From Micavibrio sp. (GTDB lineage: Bacteria; Pseudomonadota; Alphaproteobacteria; Micavibrionales; Micavibrionaceae), in NCBI GenBank assembly GCA_044238965.1, contig JBIICJ010000001.1, forward strand, positions 2,089 through 66,088: a stretch of 64,000 bases of DNA. Reading direction: 5' to 3'. The notes beneath the pieces were generated by a model. That model saw only the letters and a program-made list of their open reading frames with translations. It was not told where the DNA came from and searched no databases. Numbering within the stretch: the stretch's first letter is position 1; each line of letters begins with the position of its first letter. Below, piece after piece: positions 58,571 to 64,000 of this stretch. The translations under genes were made by a program, and so were the position numbers.

Positions 58571-58778
58571 GGTGACAGGCTCCTTTCATAAATAGTAATC
58601 TTTTTTAAAATGCACGTGTTTTAAAATATTCATAGGCTTTCGCCGCCGGTCTGGATTTTCACCAAACCGCCCATAACAATTCGATTGAAATGTCAGGGAA
58701 TGATTAATTTATAGGCAAATTACCCATGAAAGGCAAGGATATTATTGGCACGCCAAACTGTATGATAAGCGCTTGTTT

Positions 58779-59723
58779 TTAGCCATTTTTCAGTAAAATC
58801 TTCCCGAAATGACCGCCCGTTTCGAAATAATCATGGGCTTGCTGCACGTGGTCAAAGTCAAAAACACGGTCAATGACAGGTGTAATGCGGCCCGATATCA
58901 CATGCGGCCAAATATCACGTTTGATATTTTCAGTCAGGGCGATCTTATATTCCAATGATTGATCGCGCAATGTTGACCCTGTGATGGTCAATCGTTTTTT
59001 CATGATATGGGGAATTGATATCTCGGTCTTTGCCGATTCCATATAGGCAATTGAAACGATGCGTCCATTTTTGTTCATAATCGGAATGGTGCGAGTGAGA
59101 GTCGTACCGCCAACCATATCAAGAACCAGATCAACAGGATCATCTCTTAACACATCTTCAAACTTCGTGGTACGATAATTAATCGCGCGATGCGCACCGA
59201 GATCAATAGATTTTTGACAACGAATATCATCACCCGCCGTTATAGTCACGCGTGCGCCATACAGTTTTGCAATTTGAATAGCCATCGTGCCAATACCCGA
59301 TGCACCACCATGAATTAAAACATGATCCTCTTTTTTCATGCCACCGATTTCAATTAAATTACGATAGACTGTGTATATCGCCTCGGGTAATCCTGCGGCG
59401 TTGATAAGGTCTAAATGATCAGGCACAGGCAAGCATAATAATTTATGAAGCGAAACATATTCCGCATATCCACCACCTGACAATAATCCACATATGCGTT
59501 CATTTGTGATTGTATGAACACCTGAAACTTCTAAACCCAATATTGGGCTGGCGCCATAGGGTGGTGGGTATAGCCCACGTTTTTGTAATAAATCAGCGCG
59601 GTTTAATCCAGTGCCTGAAACTTTGATCAAAATCTCGTCGGCGGTTGGTATAGAAACGGGCATTGTGGAAATTATTAATTGTCCATTTTTATCGATATCG
59701 ATGTAACGCATTGCCTCTATCAT
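58779..59723 (-). CDS. qor: NAD(P)H:quinone oxidoreductase (zinc-independent MDR family)
   Basis: Contains ILIKVSGTGLNRADLLQKRGLYPPP and HGGASGIGTMAIQIAKLYGARV (Rossmann fold). The ending is GKILL. Confidence 0.85.
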   Translation of the reverse strand: MIEAMRYIDIDKNGQLIISTMPVSIPTADEILIKVSGTGLNRADLLQKRGLYPPPYGASPILGLEVSGVHTITNERICGLLSGGGYAEYVSLHKLLCLPVPDHLDLINAAGLPEAIYTVYRNLIEIGGMKKEDHVLIHGGASGIGTMAIQIAKLYGARVTITAGDDIRCQKSIDLGAHRAINYRTTKFEDVLRDDPVDLVLDMVGGTTLTRTIPIMNKNGRIVSIAYMESAKTEISIPHIMKKRLTITGSTLRDQSLEYKIALTENIKRDIWPHVISGRITPVIDRVFDFDHVQQAHDYFETGGHFGKILLKNG

Positions 59724-59761
59724 ATATTGCCTTTTTCTCTATACCGCTCTATTTTATAACT

Positions 59762-59953
59762 ATGCATGATAATGATTTAGATCCACGAAATCCAGTTCGC
59801 AAACCAAAATCACTCGATTCATATTCGCTTGATGAATTGGCGGAATATATCGATATCTTAAAGGCGGAAATCATACGTGTCGAGGCCGAAATGGTCAAAA
59901 AGAAACAACATCGTGATGCGATTGCGGGCCTATTTAAAACAAAAGATGAGTGA
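59762..59953 (+). CDS. DUF1192-family small protein
   Basis: The ATG at 59762 gives MHDNDLDPRNP...LDSYSLDELAEYIDILKAEIIRVEAEMVKKKQHRDAIAGLF, the typical DUF1192 pattern. Confidence 0.65.
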   Translation: MHDNDLDPRNPVRKPKSLDSYSLDELAEYIDILKAEIIRVEAEMVKKKQHRDAIAGLFKTKDE

Positions 59954-59976
59954 AATAATTTTTAAAGGAAAAATAT

Positions 59977-61032
59977 ATGCGCATTGAGGAAGATATTAAG
60001 CTTGATTATAAAGATGTGTTGATTCGTCCAAAACGATCAACTTTGGTCACACGTAAAGAAGTAGATATCTCTCGTGATTATAAATTCCGTCATACATCAC
60101 AAACATTTCACGGTATCCCAATTATCGCCGCAAATATGGATGGTGTCGGAACAATCGATATGGCGCGGACATTTGAAAAGCATGGCCAAGGATTAACAGT
60201 TGCGTTGACAAAACATTATTCAGAAGCAGATTTAATTTCATTCTATGCAAAGCATGGCAACCAATCGACATGGTATAGTATTGGTACAAATGAAAAAGAT
60301 TTGAAAAAATTAAAAACCGTTTTATCATCAACAAAACTAAAAAAATCACAAAAACCAAATAAATTATGCATTGATGTAGCCAATGGATATAGCCAATATT
60401 TTATTGATTTTTTAAAGAAAATGCGCGCTCTTTATCCTGATATGATTATTATGGCGGGAAATGTTGTGACAGGCGAAATGACGGAAGAATTAATTTTATG
60501 TGGCGCTGATATTGTTAAAGTTGGCATTGGCCCTGGAAGTGTATGCACCACGCGTAAAATGACAGGTGTTGGATACCCACAATTATCAGCCGTCATTGAA
60601 TGCGCAGATGCCGCACATGGCTTGGGTGGTTTGATATGTGCTGATGGTGGATGCACCGTTCCAGGCGATGTGGCAAAAGCTTTTGGCGCAGGGGCTGATT
60701 TTGTTATGTTAGGTGGTATGCTCGCGGGTCATGACCAATCTGAATCAGAATTAATCGAACATAATGGTGAAAAATTTATTCAATTTTATGGGATGAGTAG
60801 CTCTACCGCCATGAAAAAACATACGGGCGGCGTTGCCGATTATCGTGCGAGTGAAGGTAAGACAGTGCGCGTCAAATATCGCGGGAATGTACTAAATACT
60901 CTTCAGGATATTTTAGGTGGATTAAGGTCAACATGTACCTATGTTGGTGCTAAACGCCTGAAAGAATTATCGAAACGAACAAGCTTTATTCGCGTAACTC
61001 AGCAAATTAACAACATATTTGGCTCTGATTGA
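59977..61032 (+). CDS. guaC: GMP reductase
   Basis: The N-terminus [23 protein letters not shown] is near-identical in pattern to enterobacterial GuaC. Also contains [12 protein letters not shown] and [11 protein letters not shown]. Confidence 0.93.
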   Translation: MRIEEDIKLDYKDVLIRPKRSTLVTRKEVDISRDYKFRHTSQTFHGIPIIAANMDGVGTIDMARTFEKHGQGLTVALTKHYSEADLISFYAKHGNQSTWYSIGTNEKDLKKLKTVLSSTKLKKSQKPNKLCIDVANGYSQYFIDFLKKMRALYPDMIIMAGNVVTGEMTEELILCGADIVKVGIGPGSVCTTRKMTGVGYPQLSAVIECADAAHGLGGLICADGGCTVPGDVAKAFGAGADFVMLGGMLAGHDQSESELIEHNGEKFIQFYGMSSSTAMKKHTGGVADYRASEGKTVRVKYRGNVLNTLQDILGGLRSTCTYVGAKRLKELSKRTSFIRVTQQINNIFGSD

Positions 61033-61093
61033 CCGCGCGCATAGAAACCGTTAAGGTCACGTTATATTTACACACAGAGTTTAAGGAATAAAA

Positions 61094-61468
61094 ATGGAAG
61101 AAATTCAACAACGTTTAAAAGATGCCGCTGATCAATCAATGAAAACATTAGCAGCATGGGCTTCAAACAAACAAAATACAGACGCCCGTGAATCCTTATT
61201 AGAGGCAATTCATGAATTGCGCAAAGTCTCCGCGCGTCTTGAAATTGAAATTGCAACTTCAGAACGTTCAGAAGTATCACAACGCGCGTTGCCAATACCT
61301 AGTCACCGTTCACATCAGCGTCGTCCACAAGAAAATGATTCTCAAATGGGGCATGATGATTCACATGGTAATCAACAGCCGCAAGATGAGGGCGCACAAC
61401 AGCCACCTCGTTCAGCGCCGCGCGGTCAATTCCGCCGTCCCGTTCGCCGCCCTGCGCAAGGCGAATAA
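61094..61468 (+). CDS. Hypothetical protein with helical N-terminus and basic/Gln-rich disordered tail
   Basis: 124-aa ORF with ordinary composition in its first 60 aa. I recognise no family. Confidence 0.4.
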   Translation: MEEIQQRLKDAADQSMKTLAAWASNKQNTDARESLLEAIHELRKVSARLEIEIATSERSEVSQRALPIPSHRSHQRRPQENDSQMGHDDSHGNQQPQDEGAQQPPRSAPRGQFRRPVRRPAQGE

Positions 61469-61472
61469 ATTT

Positions 61473-62264
61473 TTAAAGAATATCAGCCAACGAAGCTGTT
61501 GCAGACCCGCGTTTCAACGGTTGTTGTTGACTGGAATGTGGTGCCCACCCAATTATAAATATGATCTCAAAACTGGCTGTAACGCGTCCATCAGTTTCGG
61601 CGAATTCATTTTGATAGATTTCTGCGGCGCGATAAAATAATTTTGATGGTGTAAACTTTTTATAACGAGTGATTAGGCAGTTCTGTTCTCCCATCCCACG
61701 TATATCACTCATAAGATTAAACATGGTTTGATAGGATGTACGGATAATTTCAGAATCAATGACAGGCAAAGAAAATCCAGCACGCTGCATTAAGGCGCCA
61801 ATTTGTTGTTTATCAGCAAACGGAAATACACGTGGGCTAGCACCGCCTAAAACATCAATTTCGGCCGTCATAAGGGCGTGCCTTAATTCATATAACGTTT
61901 CACCGCCAAATAATGCCCCTAAAAATAATCCATCATCGCGAAGGGCATGACGGATCTGTAATAAATAATTAGGTAAATCATTAATGGTGTGTAGATCGAG
62001 AATACTGACAATACAATCACATGATTTTGGTTCTAGTGGTAAAATTTCAGTGTCATCTTTAGCAAGTGGAATATTTTTAAAGTCATTAATCGTAATACGG
62101 TTTCCCAATAAAATTTTATCAATAAATTCTTTTTTTATATCATTTAGACGATCGGTAATCTGATCTTTAGTCCACTCAAATAAAAAGGAATGATTTGCAA
62201 AATTTTTCTGTGCACGATTTTGAAAATGAAGTTGGTGATTACGATTGAATAAAAAATGTGTCAT
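61473..62264 (-). CDS. NDUFAF5-like methyltransferase-fold protein with degenerate SAM-binding motif I
   Basis: LFGGETLYELRHALMTAEIDVLGGASPRVFPFAD, MFNLMSDIRGMGEQN and IGWAPHSSQQQPLKRGSATASL closely parallel the human NDUFAF5 C-terminal half as I recall it. Where motif I (LDLGCGxG) should be, the sequence reads KILLGNRIT. Confidence 0.7.
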   Translation of the reverse strand: MTHFLFNRNHQLHFQNRAQKNFANHSFLFEWTKDQITDRLNDIKKEFIDKILLGNRITINDFKNIPLAKDDTEILPLEPKSCDCIVSILDLHTINDLPNYLLQIRHALRDDGLFLGALFGGETLYELRHALMTAEIDVLGGASPRVFPFADKQQIGALMQRAGFSLPVIDSEIIRTSYQTMFNLMSDIRGMGEQNCLITRYKKFTPSKLFYRAAEIYQNEFAETDGRVTASFEIIFIIGWAPHSSQQQPLKRGSATASLADIL

Positions 62265-64000
62265 GTGCGCTTAGGATTGGGAAAATGAAATGAATCTAAT
62301 TTCGTATCAATAATTTTTGATGGATCACTAACTGAAGATATTGTTTCGTAATCTTGTCCAACCATTGGTGTTGTTGATGGAATGGTGACCTCTCCTCCAT
62401 TAACATAGGTGCTTTCTGATAGGAGTGTATGTTTTTGAGGCTCGGTTAAGCTAGAATCGAAATTCCACCTCACGCTTAATGAACTATCTTGGCATAAATT
62501 TTTATATGCCATCGCCGCAATTTTTATAAAACTGTCATGATTATCCCAATAGAGCATTTTCCACAAATTACTCAGGGGCGCGAGTTGTGTTGCGCCATGT
62601 GGAATTCCTTTGGCCCACGCAAAGCGTGTGTTAGAAACGACAAATGGAAAAATACGATGTGGCGTAATACCGATATGCGTGAAGTAACTCTCACCCATGC
62701 GTCCCACAAATTTTGCATCAAGACGAAATTTTTCAGCAATATAACGACGTGCCGAATCCATATCGGTAATTTCCTTTGGTAATGGAAAACTAGGTAGCGT
62801 TGCCATCATGCCATTGCCGCGATATCTTTGTGGTACGGGTAAATATTCAGTGCAAATTCCTGCTAATACTTCACCGCTTAAGTCTTTTACCAATGGCAGA
62901 ATAACCGCAGTATTTACTGTTGAATCATCGGCGTGAATAAATTCGATATCACGTGCAGCAAGAGAGGTTGCACCGCCCGTTTCATCGCGTCCTTCATCAA
63001 CAAATACCGATTGCATGACGCGAATATTACCTGCTGAACCTTTTATATCTTTGAAACGAGTATCTTTAACCGACATTTTTTTAACGAGTGATGACAGATC
63101 TTTAATATCTTCAGCTTTGACTTCAGATAAATGAATGGGCATATCTTCCCAAACTTCAACAGGAATTTTGACGCGTTGTGATAGCGCTAAAATTTGTGTT
63201 TCTAGTCGTGGTGCAGGAATTAATCCAACCGTTATTGCATTTAAAATATCTTGGGCGTCAAATTCGCGGATACGGCCAATGTCTGGGAATTGATCGGCAT
63301 CATAAGTGGTATGCTTTGCAGGAAATAGTTTATGGTATGATTCGGTGCGATAATAATGTGTAACGATGCGCTCATCAATGCGATAGGGATCAGGATAAAA
63401 TCCAGGCCCATTTTCAAATACAGAGTCAAGCGAGGCGCGAACACCAATTTTCTGTTGTGTTATTTTTTGAAATTCTTGAACTATTTGATTTTCCCAATCC
63501 TGCACAGATGATGTTGGAATGGTTATTGCTTCGGTTAAGTGACCTGACCATGTTCGTCCATCTAAGTTACGACCTGATCGGGGCACGGCATTAACTAAAC
63601 CACGCGGATAATTTTCATGAAGATAAATTTTTAGTTTTCCATTTTCGTCAACGCGATAGGGAATAATTTCAGCAAGTTCTAGATCGCGTGTAGCAATATC
63701 AGATATTTTTCCCGTACGATCATCACGCACTGTACGTAAATGTATTTTACCCTTGCGCGAACGTGAAGCGCGCCGTTCCAACACAATATGGCTGCGTTTT
63801 TCTGTTACTTTTTGCGCGAGAATCATAAAACTATTCGGCGGTGGTCCAAGATTACTTCCATCTTCCTTGTACAAACGAACTTTTCCATCATAACGTGTTT
63901 TCAAAAACCCATCATCCCAATGTGGCCCTGAATAAACAACGCGCATACCCATGGCACGCAGTTCACGACGAAATTCTTGTTCTGTGAAAAATGCGTATTC
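62261..64000 (-). CDS. Large hypothetical protein (N-terminus beyond window): end of a methyltransferase-like domain plus about 520 aa of unknown function
   Basis: The ORF stays open to the window edge (…EYAFFTEQEFRRELRAMGMRVVYSG…FMILAQK resembles the end of a class I SAM-MTase domain). The remainder has no family I can name. Its stop overlaps the start of the NDUFAF5-like gene (ATGA-type coupling). Confidence 0.7.
   Translation of the reverse strand, partial: EYAFFTEQEFRRELRAMGMRVVYSGPHWDDGFLKTRYDGKVRLYKEDGSNLGPPPNSFMILAQKVTEKRSHIVLERRASRSRKGKIHLRTVRDDRTGKISDIATRDLELAEIIPYRVDENGKLKIYLHENYPRGLVNAVPRSGRNLDGRTWSGHLTEAITIPTSSVQDWENQIVQEFQKITQQKIGVRASLDSVFENGPGFYPDPYRIDERIVTHYYRTESYHKLFPAKHTTYDADQFPDIGRIREFDAQDILNAITVGLIPAPRLETQILALSQRVKIPVEVWEDMPIHLSEVKAEDIKDLSSLVKKMSVKDTRFKDIKGSAGNIRVMQSVFVDEGRDETGGATSLAARDIEFIHADDSTVNTAVILPLVKDLSGEVLAGICTEYLPVPQRYRGNGMMATLPSFPLPKEITDMDSARRYIAEKFRLDAKFVGRMGESYFTHIGITPHRIFPFVVSNTRFAWAKGIPHGATQLAPLSNLWKMLYWDNHDSFIKIAAMAYKNLCQDSSLSVRWNFDSSLTEPQKHTLLSESTYVNGGEVTIPSTTPMVGQDYETISSVSDPSKIIDTKLDSFHFPNPKRT

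Noticed and set aside
1-64000. Search for CRISPR arrays, IS elements/transposases, integrases, prophage genes, and rRNA/tRNA genes
   Set aside because: I found no spaced direct-repeat arrays, no transposase- or integrase-like ORFs, no terminal inverted repeats flanking the AT-rich segments, and no cloverleaf or rRNA-like sequence by eye. A tRNAscan/Infernal run would be needed for certainty.

Overview
This looks like an alphaproteobacterial chromosome segment, judged from gene content and regulators (FlbD, FliX, FlbT/FlaF, CckA-like kinase, GTTC-N7-GTTC SOS box). GC is moderate to low. Positions 1-39,600 form one large flagellar supercluster. On the minus strand it holds flhF-flhA, flbD-motA-fliN-fliH-fliG-fliF, flaF-flbT-flagellin-like-fliK-flgN-like-flgJ(N)-flgI, flgH-flgA-orf58-flgG-flgF, and fliP-fliO-flhB(C)-like. 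On the plus strand it holds flaG-like, fliX-dksA, fliL-fliM-orf-motE-like-cheY-cheZ-motB'-motB-giant TPR protein, and flgB-flgC-fliE-fliQ-fliR-flhB. Two non-flagellar genes interrupt it: aconitase and an AT-rich orphan whose C-terminus looks like a RAP/Vsr-type nuclease fold. Positions 39.6-64 kb are mostly housekeeping: cckA-like hybrid kinase, recA, GNAT, smpB, dapA, slt, a LuxR-type regulator with a kinase lacking its ATPase domain, cca, trmL, petABC, DUF924, a Na/Pi transporter, an ALDH7-like dehydrogenase, DUF465, DUF1013/TrcR-like, qor, DUF1192, guaC, an NDUFAF5-like methyltransferase and a large unknown protein running off the window. I found no rRNA, tRNA, CRISPR array, transposase or integrase. 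By eye I could place three sigma54 promoters, a phased TTAA (CtrA-box-like) array, an SOS box and several intrinsic terminators. The best candidates for something new are: the RAP-like orphan (10681-12069); the tandem MotB paralogues plus the 1035-aa secreted AMIN/TPR protein (29953-34576); a 58-aa membrane ORF with its own consensus sigma54 promoter (23448-23670); the PAS-DHp-only kinase remnant (48065-48736); and the methyltransferase-fused protein with its degenerate NDUFAF5 homologue (61473-64000). All family assignments come from reading motifs in the translations. No database search was run.
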